Positions 25,884 through 39,044 are shown, counted from the whole stretch's first letter. The stretch: 63,227 nt of DNA, filler included, from Licmophora abbreviata (GCA_900291995.1; 10 parts of 10 records of this genome joined end to end with filler, not necessarily neighbours in it), one strand, 5' to 3'. Numbers and translations: made by a program. The notes: generated by a model from the letters alone, not told the origin.

Positions 25884-27897
25884 CTACAACTTGCTGCTAG
25901 GCAGCTTCTCAAGTTCGATCATTCCTCGCATCTCCATCAACACCTCCTCCAGCAAATGGCATAGACGATCCGTCCACTGCTGCTCACGAAGTGCAGTGAC
26001 GCTAAACACACACGAGTCGGCTTTGATGGCGTACGAGAGACCGACACCGTCGGGAAAAACCTCGCCGTATCCCCAGTTGTCAAACTTGGGGTGCGTCAAG
26101 TGACTCGTACTTACCCGCCATCGCTTCGATCGAGCAAAGATGGGATGCGCGTACAGGTCAGGCGTCTCGTCATTGCCCTCGACTAACATCGATAATCCAA
26201 AAAGGTGTCGATCAACGCCTAATCCTTTCGCAGCGTTCCCAATGTATGCAACGTGACTGCTTACGGCTCCTTGCAGCAGATCAAGTTTCTCACGGCGAAC
26301 CGCTTCGTCGTCTTCGTCATATCGGGGAACCAGTCCCATTTGTTTCACAAACGCTTCGCTCGCGGGAGAGACCGTTCGTGTCGTTTCGGTGCGGCCATGC
26401 AAAAAAGGGCGGACCTGTGTAGCTTCGTAGGTGCCGACTTGCTCTCCGAATAGTCTATACGTTGCAAGCTGCATAGCAATCTGAACGTACGCATCAGGGG
26501 AGTAGCCTGCTTTCTTGATGAAGTTGCTGCCATAGCCATGGAAGCTCTGCACATCCAATTCATGTTTCATGACAAGTGTTTGCAAGTGATCCTCGGCTGC
26601 GGGGACGTCACAACGAGATTGCCGGTTGTGAGATCCAGTCCAACTTTCACGAAACGAGTTATGCATCACCAGCCGATTCTTACCTTGATCGACAAGCGAA
26701 GGCACAGAGGAGCTCGCGAGGGTCCTGTACACGTCCTCAAAGATGTTACGGACGCCCCCAGACACATCAGTCGGTAAAGCAGTCTGCGCTTGCGCAGCCC
26801 TGTCGTAAGTCGTGGCGGTCAAGTGATCGGCCAGTCCTACTATCGGCATTCCATCCATCACTGTTGTTATAAAAACAGATAGATTAGAAACGAATGTGCA
26901 TGCGGCCCTGCACCTATTACTCGTGGATATAGTCTCACGTACTCGAATGTTCGCCGCAGAGTCCAGCCTTGCCATTGTTCGTGCACAAGATCTGAACGCT
27001 CTTGTCAAACCAACGATTCTGCCCCGAAGAAATGTTGCCATGCAGAAAGAGTTCTCCACATTGCTTCCGAGACACGGGCTCCTATTGCAAGCATTGGATT
27101 TCAAACAAGCGGAAAAGAGACACATACACACACGACGAAGCGTCAGTATCAAAAAGTAAAACCGGTCGCGCACAGCCAAAGAAATCAACAAGTTCTCCCT
27201 CACCTCATCATCCAAATTCAACATAAATGCTCCACTCTCTAAAACTTCCAGTGCCTCTTCCATGCTTGCTCCACCCACACGAATCATTTCATCCCGCGCA
27301 TCCGCCCACGAATCCCGATCCTGCGACGTCAACCACCCCAGCTCGACCGTAGCAGTATCCTTACGACGATCGGCCATCTCGATACACTCCATCAAACGAT
27401 CTTCCAATACGTCAATGGGAAAGACAAGTCCCGTGGCTTTGTCAATGAAATCTACGGCAAAGAATAGGCCCCGACGCGCCACAATGCAGTGCCCATGTCG
27501 ACTTGGATCGTAGATTCTGTAGGTATCTTGTTCACGATGAGGAATCCGACATGCATGAAACATGTACTTGTAGGCAGCGGAGCAAAGGTACTTTTCCTTT
27601 GGAGGACGTCCAATCTTGTCCGCGGGAAGGCTTCCAGTAACAACTTGGGATCGGAACTGTGCCATGGCAGTGAGAAGTGCCGCACCGCGCGTTACATTGC
27701 GAGGTTTGTAGGTGGGCAAGGTGGGGTCATCACTAAAGTGAAAAAAGTACGAGACGTTAATGACCACAGGATCTCGCACCTGCAAATAGCCAGCAGTGTT
27801 CCACCAGTGCTGCAACCAGGACGAGTCCTTCTTGTCCGCCGCGCGGACCTGCAAGCGTTCTTGAAGCGCGGCCGCCTGTTGCGGGAATTTGGCACAG
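25884..27897 (-). CDS. Carnitine O-acetyl/acyltransferase with PTS1 (5' end truncated by gap; about 3 introns)
   Basis: WLQHWW..GYL, NRWFDKS and GEHS-MMDG (read in the spliced frame), SPDAYVQIAMQLA, TYEATQVRPFLHGRTET, GVDRHLFGL; C-terminal SKL. Confidence 0.92.
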
Positions 27898-27997
27898 NNN
27901 NNNNNNNNNNNNNNNNNNNNNNNNNNNNNNNNNNNNNNNNNTTAATTAATTAANNNNNNNNNNNNNNNNNNNNNNNNNNNNNNNNNNNNNNNNNNNN
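27898..27997. other. Artificial scaffold linker
   Basis: Same 100-nt linker. Confidence 0.98.
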
Positions 27998-28271
27998 AAG
28001 GCGTAGTATCGGTCGTCATGGTGGTAACGGTGGTGGTGTATACCGGTACCAATATCACGTCTTCACCATGTTTTGTTCCGCGGTGCATAGATGAATGTTG
28101 AGGTGCGGATCTATTTCGAATCTCCATAATGAGTGGCTGTGATGATGTAAAACCCTTTCTGACGGGCGCCTACCAGACTGTGATGAGGATACGTTGTCTG
28201 TACGTCGCCGCGCCCGAAACTCAGTTCGACCCAAAAAATCATAAGCGGCGCCAAAATGACCCTTGTCGACC

Positions 28272-30876
28272 ATGGCGGCAACACTGCCTCGACAACGGGC
28301 CCCTCGAGCCAGTAATGGCAAGCCTACAGTAGTATCCTCCTCCACGGAAAGACCTTTCACATCCCCTCCATCAGCATCACGCCACCCTCGCCATCAGGGT
28401 CGTCGACAGCATCGTCGGATCCCATCAACGATTGTCACGGGAGTCTCGCTCGTCTTGTTGTTGGTCCTTGCCTTGCTGCATCACGCCTGGCGGATCTTTG
28501 TGCTGGTGGGTAATGCAGACCGTGATATGTCTTCCAGAGTCATTTCGAAACACTTTGGAAGGACACCTTCCTTGTTGCGACATGCCAAACGAGAGTCGAC
28601 TACGACGGAGGCACAAGAAGTAGAAATACCGCACCACCATCATTATCAACGACCCATCCTGACAGCCTACTTGGAGTCAATCGATACCTTGCCACCGGAC
28701 CATGATATGCGCATCACTAGAGAGACTTCTTCTAGTAATCTGAAATCTGTGCAATATCCCAGTGTACAACATTGTTCCGAATTGCATTCGACATTTCCCA
28801 TAGACGATTTTCCCGACGACGACGCCTACTTGCCTTGGATTCACGACTACTTTCCCACCAACGATGGCAAGTACATTCAGATTGTGGCACAAAACCGACG
28901 CCGTTGTGATACCGGAAAGGAACGAACAGACAGGATGCGACACTGGGAACCACAAATGGCACTCTTTCAGCCCGTACCTGTCAAGCAGATATCCACACAT
29001 CAACAGAACGGCAAACTTCCGTATCGACTGGCATCGCCACAGGACGCCACATACAATGAGACGCGATTCCTGTGTCACTTTCACGATGCGACTCACGATG
29101 CTCAATACACAACGCTGTCACAATACTCCTTCAACTACGAGTATGTGTCGTGGCGTAAGGGTCACTCGAGCATGTTTCGCAAAGACGAGAAGGACGTGCA
29201 GCAGTTCTGGTTGTCGCAGTTGTTGTTTCAGTGCCCCGTTCCGGACGAGTTGAGAGAGAGAATACAGAGCGGAGCGCATGTCGAACGGGATGCTTCGGAT
29301 CTATTTTTAGATCTTGTTCCAATTCGAACACCCGCACGATACGAACAGTTTCTCTTTACGGAGGCGCATGTGCCTGTCTCTACGTTGGAAAGCATGGGAA
29401 ACTCGTTGTTTAACGCAACATTGGAGTGGGGCGACTCGCATATATTGCCGGCTATTGAAGACAGCGGCCGATGGGCCAACATGCCAATTTGTCTGTCACC
29501 AGCCACAAGTGCGAGTGCGAACTCTGTACGAACTGCCACAACGACGACGACTTCCACAGACAATGATGCGCCGCCGCATGAGCACCACGATCTTGTTGCT
29601 TGTACATGGACTGCAGCGTCGTATACACGTCGTGGCGATGCTGTCACCATGGGCGATACATCCTCACGTCTTCGCGAGTGGATTGCCTTTCACTTGATGG
29701 TAGGGTTCGATCACTTGTACATTTACGACAATACCCTGGTTGAGAGTGGTGACAATGACAACGAGGTCGCCGACGACGATTTGATGCCCTTGCACAAAAT
29801 CGTGAACGAATTTCCGAGTTCTCAAGTACCTACGTTCGATGGCCGTGTAAGGTGTGCAATAACAATCGTCCAAATCATCCTAATCCAGGGGAAAGAAGTA
29901 GTCAGTACGCGGCAGAGGCGAGTTGTCGGGAGCGCTATGGTCCAACCACCGATTGGATGGCATTCATCGACACGGACGAGTATCTGGTGCCCATGATGGC
30001 GGATACGTGGAAACCAATTCTGGAGACGATGACCGAGCGGCAGCTGAAGATTCTAAAGATGCGCAGCAGTCGGACCAAGCCGCGACCGGATCTTATGGAG
30101 TAAGTTCATCTGTTCGGGATGTTCGGTAGTATGTTAGTTCGCTTGGTGTGTTCTTGTTGTTATCTCACTAACCTCTTTTCGCTGCACAGAGTGTCACGCG
30201 ACCAGTCGACGTGCGTAGAAACGAGTCCCAAGGACATCAACATGACGCATTTACCGTGTATTGAACCCCGCAGTAACGAAACATTCCTTCGTGTGTACAA
30301 CTGTGAATTCATTAAACCACCCCGACCTGATCGCTTCGAACGCGCCATGGTATGTAGTGTTGCATGCCATCGCCTCTCTAGACAACAACCTCATACATAT
30401 ATGGATACTCATCAATGTGATTTTTTCTCTTTCCTCATCAGAAACAAATTTATCGCCCTGAACATGTTTTGAATCACTTTGTTCATTACTCCACTGTAAC
30501 GGCAGACGTGGCCCGCCTTTACAGGGACTTTGGTACAGACGAAGAATACTCTCGATCTGTCCACGCTCAATCTTGGATTGACCACTCCCCTGAGGCCTTC
30601 TTGAACGAGATTACTGAGGGCACACTCGTTCACACTAAGTCAGTCCTTCCACATGAAACGATGCGTCGCTCGAACGAATGTTATCTCCATTCCAAGTCCA
30701 ACTGCGCCTTGGGCTTTCCCTGTCCGAATCACTTGGAATTTTCGGATGCCGAGCACAAAGCCAACGGATTCCACGACGACGAGGGGAACTATTGCAACTG
30801 CTGGATGAACTCTAAGGTCGAAGATGTGTTTGTTCCGAAACTGGAAGCGTATCTAGCGACACATAATATGGGTTAG
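28272..30876 (+). CDS. GT92-like glycosyltransferase, paralog 1 (introns 30100-30189 and 30350-30441; frameshift at ~29827)
   Basis: Type II TM helix; LREWIAFHLMVGFDHLYIYDN, SSQYAAEASC, WMAFIDTDEYL (DxD). Confidence 0.85.
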
Positions 30877-31060
30877 CAAAACCAAAACAGGACGTATGTA
30901 CCGATAGCGTTCACCCGATCCCTACTATTCGATAAGCGTACTTTTCGTCGCTCTATTGCGAGAGAAGAAAACACACCGCGGCATCAGCGGCGTTCTCACA
31001 CGACATCAATGAACAAAACGACGGCTGCTGCTCCCCTTCCCCTGCCTTCTTACCATCACC

Positions 31061-32017
31061 ATGAGTCCAAACAATGGAAACGACGACACCGCTGTGGCAT
31101 CCAAAGTTTCGGATGCGTCTTTAGAAACTGAATCATCGACGAAGCCAAGGAGAAAAAGACGCATTCAAGCCTTGATACCTCCCAACAACAATCTGGGCCA
31201 AGACGAGCTTCTGGTGAAGGCTTTTGTCGACTTGGTGCAGCAAAAGCAGGACTCTGGTAGTTTTGGAGGAGTGTCGGCCTCGAAAGATTTATCTGGTGTC
31301 CAAGATGTGCTACGACCGGGCTTTTATTGGGGCTGTCTTGCGACCGCGACGACGTTTACCATTCTGCGCAAGGCACCGCTGTGGTACATGAATCGAGCGC
31401 TTTCCACCCGAACTTCGATACTTCATGGCGTCCAGGGAAATGCTCATTATCATGTTGCACGAAGGCAGAAGAATCCATTGCTTCCGCGCGTGTCCACCCA
31501 CCGTGATGGATCCACTACTTTTCACGAGGGCCTGCTCAGTGCATCCTTCACGACCGTGTTGGATCTCAGTCTCAGTCTGCTCGGAGGTGGGCTCGTTTGG
31601 TACTACATGGTAGACAAGAAGAAGCTGTTTCATGCTGTCTCGGACATTCCATTGCGGGGCGGAGAGAGCGTTGTGAGTGAGGTCTTGTGCGAAGATTTCA
31701 TTGCCAAGGACAAGGAGATTCCCAAGCGGCTCTGGAAAGAACACACGGACGATGGCGTAGTCAACTTGCGTCGATTTATTGACAACTGTCAACGGCGACA
31801 CCAGTTTGCAGAGACTATTCGATTGGAGCAGGGCATTGCTGCTACGGAGCCTGTAACCATACCGCCGCCCGGTGTGCCTCCGGATTTGGTCCTTCGGAAG
31901 GAGGATACTAAGCAAGAAAGAAGCTATGATTGGACCGGCGACGTCGACTACTGGGGAGACGATGACAGCGACTGGGAAGACGAAGAGGAGGATTCCTTCT
32001 GGGATAGTGGAACATAG
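31061..32017 (+). CDS. Hypothetical membrane protein
   Basis: Intact 318-aa ORF with two hydrophobic segments and an acidic tail. Confidence 0.65.
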   Translation: MSPNNGNDDTAVASKVSDASLETESSTKPRRKRRIQALIPPNNNLGQDELLVKAFVDLVQQKQDSGSFGGVSASKDLSGVQDVLRPGFYWGCLATATTFTILRKAPLWYMNRALSTRTSILHGVQGNAHYHVARRQKNPLLPRVSTHRDGSTTFHEGLLSASFTTVLDLSLSLLGGGLVWYYMVDKKKLFHAVSDIPLRGGESVVSEVLCEDFIAKDKEIPKRLWKEHTDDGVVNLRRFIDNCQRRHQFAETIRLEQGIAATEPVTIPPPGVPPDLVLRKEDTKQERSYDWTGDVDYWGDDDSDWEDEEEDSFWDSGT

Positions 32018-32443
32018 TGGTAGAAAGATCGGTGTCAGTGCATGCGAGCGTTTGAGCTCCAGAAAACAGCTACGACCGACGGGTCGGTCCCGACACGTTG
32101 AGGCCCTGTCGCCGTACGTGACTTTCAACGGAGACAATGACGTGAGGGGTATGATTAGAGTTGGAGTGTATGGAGATCACCTTTCCATAATGCTGTTTGG
32201 GGAAAACGTAGAGAGAACCGCAAAAGCTTGTGGTGGCATGTGCCGTACTACAGCCATACGTGAGGACTTTTCCGTGGGTGAGTCTCGATGCAGTACTCCA
32301 ATCTAAATCTATGGTACGCAGAATGCTGTCCACTGGTGCTATTCTAGTATTTCAAACATCTTTGTACGATCGTGACTTGTCACTATTCTCTTCAGGTCCG
32401 TCTACTGAAAACAACATTCTCATTGTCGACCTGAACATATCTT

Positions 32444-32867
32444 TCACACATTAACCACAAAGGTCGTATTCCGAGCCAAAGTCTCACCGGCTCGCATCGC
32501 GCAAGAATCCAGGTCTTTGTATGATTCCGAAATCTGCCACAATAACGTATCCTGGGCCTCCCGAGAGCGTCTGAGCTCCTCGTGATTGTCTAGCAACCTA
32601 GACATCTCGATCTCGTAAACATAATTCTGCATCCGCGTCTTGAGTTCCTCGAGAACCTCGATACGGTCCTGATGGTGCGCGATTTTATGGAAACTGCGGT
32701 CAATGGCATTGTCCACCGCAGGCATCGAATGGTCCAGTCTCTGTACCGCCTGGAACTCTACGTCGTGACGTTTGCGAATCGGAATCGCAGGACCCAAGTT
32801 CCCTCCGCGGCTGTCTGCGACCCTACTTTCAGCATTACTTTTCCTCACTATCTGAGGTAGACGTCAT
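32444..32867 (-). CDS. Hypothetical small coiled-coil protein; start uncertain
   Basis: 134-codon helical ORF; the ATG at 32867 joins it only if one A is removed from the A-run at ~32840. Confidence 0.35.
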
Positions 32868-33175
32868 GGGCGCCTTCTTCGTTCGTTGGCTGGACGAGAG
32901 AGAGAGGACATGCAAGGGCTATCGTCTCGACATTCTGTCATTGCGATGAGTTCGACCGGGGGCGCGCCGCGTTTTCAACCCAAGATGCGTGGAAAGTCTA
33001 TTAGGTAAGTGGATACCTTGGCAGCAGGTTTCCAATTCCGGGGTATTTCTAATGCATTCAGTCCCGTGAAACGATACGACGTCATCTTCCGGGAATGAGA
33101 ACCCAACGCCGCCGCGCTTCGCGTTGTGGCAGCATCAGACAGCAGACATCGATGACCATCAGCACCGTGTCCACC

Positions 33176-34909
33176 ATGGGGATACGGATCAATTACCCCC
33201 GTTGGACCACTCCGTCAGTGTGCTGGATCACTCTTCTATTCTTAATCTATGTCGTAATTGCACAAGAAGAGCGTCCAACGATGATTCGGAACGAATCAGG
33301 CCGTCGCGTTACTGTTCACTGGGTCACTCCTCACACCGGCGAATTGGTCCTAATGAGCGACGCGGATGGCATTCTCACGGGGTCCGAGCTCCTGTTGAAC
33401 TCCTACGTCTCGCACGAATTTCAAGTCACAGAATTACCAAAACTGAAAACCAACGAGTGCGACACTCCCGGGGACTGTAAGCATGTGAAATTTGCCATTT
33501 CCGAAAATTCGGATCAACTCGTCACGCTTAGCGCCGACTTTGTCTTGATGGAGGAAGACAACAAGATCAAGGCGCATCAACAGGCCGTCAGTACGGTGGG
33601 AGACTGTAAAATGGTCGCCAAGAACTCGTTGAAGGACAGTGTGAATCACACGGAGTTACTGACCGAGTATCTGCAGTGTGTCGGTAGTCGCGTCGAACAG
33701 GAGCTGGTACAGAGAGCCGAAGAAGTGACATTTCAGGCAGAAGTGCGACGAGACCTGGCCAAGCTCTTTGAAAAGTACACGTGTTGGGACGATGAACTGG
33801 AAAGTTCGGAAGCAATTCGTGCAGAAGAGTGGTATAGTGAGTTTGACGATGTAACGAGAGATGTTCAGATACTCCACGATCGACCAGCCTCGCGTGTTCA
33901 CATCATTGAGAACTTTATCGATGAAGAAGAATGCCTTGCCATGGAGGACGAGGCTTCGTCGCAACTGATGCGTGCTGTCGTGTCTGATGGAGCGGGGGGC
34001 TCCACGTTTTCGGAGAATCGTAAAGCTATGCAAGCAGGAATCACGGTGCCGTGGGACAAGGAAGATGAAGGTCATCCAATCGCTCGCATCAGTCGACGAG
34101 TCTATTCCTATGCCAACCATGTATTGGGAATGGGCATTGAAGAGCATGGTCAGGAGGACTTGATGAGCATACAGTACTTTGTAAGTCAGTCTGATTTGCC
34201 AATGTATCGACGTCGTTTGGAACTGTAGATTTTATTTCAGCTCAACGACGCTCACTTGCCTGCGTATTGACGGCACCACAGGGCAAGGGCGATGGTTTGG
34301 ATCGGGGCGAGTATGACCAGTATACACCTCACTGTGATGGGTACGTATGTAGCGGCAAGAAAGATGTCTGAATGCCGATAGATATGCATTTGCTCACCTT
34401 GCCTGTGTCACAACAGCGACTGCACGGGAGACCCGCATCGACAAGGAGGACGCGTCGCCACCATGGTCTTGTACTGTACCGTCCCCAGTCGTGGCGGTGC
34501 AACGAACTTTCGCTCTTCGGGCCTTCATATACATCCCACCAAGGGCAATGCTATTTTCTTCAGTTACATCGACCCCGAAACCAAAATCATGGACAGTGGC
34601 TTTACAGAGCACTCGGGTTGTCCAGTGGTCGAAGGAGAAAAGAAGATTGTAACACAATGGATTCGACTGGGAGTGGATGACGAGAATACCTGGGATTCGT
34701 TCGATACTCGTAAGTAGTCGGGAGGCTAGATGGACGAGTTATCAGTCGGCCATGTCGCAATTCTAACTCCGTACGAACGTTCGCGTCTTGCTGTCTGTTT
34801 CGACACAGTCGGACGGCAGGTTGATGATTACGACGAAGATGAAGAAGACGAATATGAAGAGGATGAGGATGAGGACGATGTATACGATGAGGAAGAGGAC
34901 GAGGAGTGA
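33176..34909 (+). CDS. Secretory-pathway prolyl 4-hydroxylase-like 2OG-Fe(II) oxygenase (introns 34181-34281, 34341-34416, 34710-34808)
   Basis: After splicing: YTPHCDG (HxD), GGRVATMVLYC, EHSGCPVVEGEKKIVTQWIR; signal peptide; D/E/Y tail. Confidence 0.87.
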
Positions 34910-35423
34910 ACATAAAGGCTGCCTTGTCAATGGGGAGTCTATCCGAACCACATGCGGCGTCACGATGGTTGAGTGCACCTCCGTCGCTCAAGCTTTTGTA
35001 GATGTACCGGTAGACACCTACTCGTACAATATTCGCGACATACTATTCTGTTTAGATACTACCAGTCTATTGTGAACCGTGATGACACCTGGTGTAGCCT
35101 GCCCTGAGCCTACATTTGAACATCATCCTAGAGTATAACGACGCTCGATTCACTTTCAACACGTGACATACGAGTATAGATGAGGATGGCGTTGCGTCTG
35201 TACATTCAACATAGGACCCCTCGCCGCGCGGATGATGTGCACAAAACGCGAACTCTCGCGCCATCATGCCGCACCGCGCTGCGCGTTCCATGACCACAAT
35301 GATGACTGAGGAGCCGCTCTCGCCGTCGACGACTGAAAACATCACTGTTGCATCGCTCTTGGAAGCCTGCTCTACTCGCAACGCGAAAGAATCGACTGAG
35401 CCATCGAAATCTGAACTGTCAGG

Positions 35424-35990
35424 ATGTCTTGTACTTCATTTTTAGCCTGCTGGATCGCAGCTGCCATCGTAGCTTCTTGCGCTGTGATGACTTCCGCCAG
35501 CAGGGCCGATGCTCGCAAGATTCGCTTCATGAACGAAAGCGGCGCCAAGGTTGAACTCTACTGGATCAACAGGTGTGATGAAACTGAAGGATAGAGCCAG
35601 ATCAAGTGTTTATGTCCATCTGACAGCTTTTGTCTTCCTTCTGTCGAACACTGTTTATAGGTGGAAGAATGATGAACGCGTCTTGAACTCTTCGGAAGGT
35701 GGAGTCTTTGCAGGAGCCGAAACTACGATTAACAGTTACGTCGGACACGAGTTTGAGGTCGTGGAGCTGCCCGCAAAAAAGACAGGAGCATGTGGAGGCG
35801 AAAATGACGAGTGTAGGACCGCCATCTTCAAAGTGAATGCCAATGACGATCAGCGTACGTCTTTTTTTCTCTATTTGAGCCGATGAAACCAGTACGTGTG
35901 TATGTGAGAGAATGTGAAGTAGGGCCACTCACCCTTCTTTGCTCTGGCACTTCTTTAACTTGCAGTGGTGGTAATCAATGAGGGTCTTAT
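35424..35990 (+). CDS. Tandem paralog sharing the P4H N-terminal domain (partial; intron 35573-35660; runs into gap)
   Basis: FMNESGAKVELYWI...INSYVGHEFEVVELP..KTGAC aligns with IRNESGRRVTVHWV...LNSYVSHEFQVTELP..KTNEC of the upstream gene. Confidence 0.8.
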
Positions 35991-36090
35991 NNNNNNNNNN
36001 NNNNNNNNNNNNNNNNNNNNNNNNNNNNNNNNNNTTAATTAATTAANNNNNNNNNNNNNNNNNNNNNNNNNNNNNNNNNNNNNNNNNNNN
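35991..36090. other. Artificial scaffold linker
   Basis: Same 100-nt linker. Confidence 0.98.
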
Positions 36091-36194
36091 GCGAACCCCG
36101 GTGCGAACACCAGATAAGCGCGCCAAAACCCGATCGCCGATTGCCGTCATTGTTCTGTGACAGGCACCATCGTCACACACACACCATCATCACC

Positions 36195-37301
36195 ATGAGA
36201 TTTCGCCCCGTTTCCTCGTCCATCGCCGCGCAGGAGAACTCTGCCCCGGAGCCCTTTCGATCGTCCAAGTCGTCTCCGGCGTCTCAGACGAAGAAGAGGG
36301 GAGGCAAGTTCCCGTTGAAAGTCTTGTCGCCGAATCGCAGCAATGTGAAGCTGACGCCGTCGTCGGAGCGCTCGGCCAAGCGCCAAAAGACGACGATTCC
36401 CGCCGCGTTGATCGAATATCCTTCCGACATGGCAGTTCCTAGTCGAACCACCGTCAAGGCTCTCTACGAGGCTGCCATGCAAAATCCTGAGTCTCACCAG
36501 GCTCACAACCTCGACGGCACTGGACTACTTTCGCTCGAGGACGTCTTCATCCCAGCCATGATGCAGCAGCAAGTCGATGCTGTCAAACACCTGCAAGCCA
36601 AAGTCCAGCGCGATTCCCGTGCAGTGGTTCCCGCCCTCCAAGCCTGTCGTCGAGCTCTCCTAGAGGCTGCCTTCGTTGGCATCCAGGCCGCCCGCGAAGC
36701 TCGTGCTCTACGGGAGGAAGAACAGGCCAAGGCGGATGCGCTTCGAGCGGAGGAGCGTCGCGCGGTTCGTGAGCAAGCTCAAAAGGAAAAAGAAGAAGCC
36801 CGTTTGCATCGACGTGAGAAGCGTCAACAGAAAAAGGAGGTCGACATGGAACGTCGCAAGCGTGACGCAAAGCGCAAGCTGCCTCGGAATGTCGAACTCT
36901 GGCGTGAAGTGGCCCTTCTCATGACAGAGTTGAGCAAGTTGCAGAAGGAGGAGCGTTTGTGGAAAGAAACGGAACAGGCCTTGAAAAATCGCGAGAAGAC
37001 GTTGAAAGTTCAGGAGAAAGAAAAGGTCAAAGAATGGGAAGCGGAACGCGCAGCGTTGCAAGAAAAAGGGGGCGACAAAAAGGAGCACAAGTTCCTGGAG
37101 TACGTCAACCAAGCCATGCAAGACATTACTCTGTCGTCCATTCGTGTCGAGCAGGCGGTGCAACTGGTTTCTGACTTGGTGGAAGAGACAGACACTGTGC
37201 ACCAAGAACTTTCCCGCAAGTACCGTGAGGAGCACCAGTTCCACGGATACAAGGGCATCAACAATCCCAAAGGACTCATTCGCGCCATTGCCATGCATTG
37301 A
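36195..37301 (+). CDS. Hypothetical coiled-coil protein
   Basis: Long E/K/R-rich ORF with coding-like codon bias. Confidence 0.7.
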   Translation: MRFRPVSSSIAAQENSAPEPFRSSKSSPASQTKKRGGKFPLKVLSPNRSNVKLTPSSERSAKRQKTTIPAALIEYPSDMAVPSRTTVKALYEAAMQNPESHQAHNLDGTGLLSLEDVFIPAMMQQQVDAVKHLQAKVQRDSRAVVPALQACRRALLEAAFVGIQAAREARALREEEQAKADALRAEERRAVREQAQKEKEEARLHRREKRQQKKEVDMERRKRDAKRKLPRNVELWREVALLMTELSKLQKEERLWKETEQALKNREKTLKVQEKEKVKEWEAERAALQEKGGDKKEHKFLEYVNQAMQDITLSSIRVEQAVQLVSDLVEETDTVHQELSRKYREEHQFHGYKGINNPKGLIRAIAMH

Positions 37302-37608
37302 GCCGCAGGGTAGGTGGGGGTCGCCAACGGGGAGACGTCGCTGTGTCGTCCTAACTTAGTACTGTTAGTAGTGGTGAATAGATGTGTAAGCCGACGTCGT
37401 TACCATACTCCTCGTCTAAGTCTTCCGGCATCGGTCGTAGGTGTCTCGCGTCGTCGCCATGCATCGCCCGCCGTTCGCGCGCCCCCCGCGATTCGGTTCA
37501 GCGCGGCGGTGATGTGATCGCGACGCGATGTTCACTGCGATGAGGGTATATTGCGAGGCGAGGCAACGATATAGATAGCGTCGAGCTGTGCTGAAAGTCA
37601 ACAGAACT

Positions 37609-39044
37609 ATGTCGACTCTTCGGAGCAACAACATTGCGAACGGCAACGTTAAATCAGAAGAAGTTATTTCAGTTCCAGCTAGAACGTGGAATGTGATATC
37701 ATGGCTCCACAGCCAGGGAAGAAGTTGTAGCAGTGTATCCGACCTGATCAAGGGCATCACCGCAGAACTTCGACGCAACGGTGTTCCCGTGGATCGCTTC
37801 TTCCTAGCGACCGCGTGCATTCACAACCAAGTAAGCGCCTGGATCTATAAATGGGAATCGAGCGCGCCTGAAACAATTGCCGAGTGGCCACTGTCCGTGG
37901 AAAGATTTGAGAGACGACAAGAAACGGACAAAGACGGCCCCCTGCAGCAGCTTGAGTTTGACAGACCAACAGTGAGGATAAAAGCTTCGGACGAACGCAT
38001 TCCTGATGGATCGAAGGATCTCTTTCATGATCTTGGGTATGTGGATATGTACGGTCAACGCTACATGGCAATGGGCGAGTTCGGCGGAGGCTTCACTTGG
38101 ACTACCAAGCAAGCGACCGGATTTACCGACGGCGACATTGAGCTCTTTGAAACTATCCTTCCCGCATTCTCTACCATTCTTCAATTGCTTCTCAAAGACC
38201 TCACTATGCAGATTCTACTGCAGATGTATTTAGGAAACGACCCTGGTGAACGCGTGCATCGTGGATCTGTGTCGCGCGGCGATGGTGTGACGATGCGTTC
38301 TGTCATTTGGTTCAGTGACATTCGAGGATTTACTCATCTTTCCACTTTACTGGACCGTGATACCGTGATCTCTCTCATCAACGATGTCTTTGAGACGACC
38401 GAGGTGGTGATACGAGAGCACGGTGGTGAAGTGCTCAAGTTTATGGGCGATGTGAGTACACTATGATGGTATAGTTGTCTTCGATCAAGTTGTGATGTCG
38501 GTCTTGACAATAGAGTATTTTCTCGTCTACATCACAGGGTCTTATGGGTGTTTTCCCGGTCGAGGGCGGCGACGAACGACGTAAAAGGAGTATCTGTAGG
38601 ATTGCCAGAGAAGCGGCACAAGTATTTCAGAGTCGAATGGGCGCGATGCGTGAAAGACGTAGCAGAGAAGGCTTGCCCGTTGTAGACGTGGGGGTCGGTT
38701 TACATTATGGAGATGTAAGTGAGACGTCTTTCTTCAATCAAGGTGTAGAGCTTGCGTCTCGATTTCTCACTTTTTGCTTCCACAAAACTACAAAGGTATC
38801 TTATGGGAATATTGGTGCACCGAATCGACTCGATTTTACCGTGATTGGGCCTGCCGTAAATCTCGCCTCGCGTGTAGAGAGTCTTTGTTCCGGGCTAAAG
38901 GCTTCCGTTTTGGCCACCGATGAGTTTGTACAGCTAGACGAAGGTGGAAAAGATGCTTGGAGAACCCGTGGGAAACACACCCTCAAGGGTGTCGCCGATC
39001 CAGTCTCTGTATTTGAGCTTGCTACTGTCTTCGGATCCAGCTGA
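37609..39044 (+). CDS. Class III adenylate cyclase with N-terminal GAF-like region (introns 38452-38537, 38715-38795)
   Basis: VIWFSDIRGFT, KFMGDG, GVGLHYGDV, GNIGAPNRLDFTVIGPAVNLASRVE; Lys/Asp specificity residues indicate ATP as substrate. Confidence 0.9.

Noticed and set aside
25884..27854. 656-aa continuous ORF as an intronless or recoded gene
   Set aside because: The ORF reads through stop-free introns by chance; the conserved NRWFDKS/GEHS exon is in another frame and GT-AG splicing explains it.
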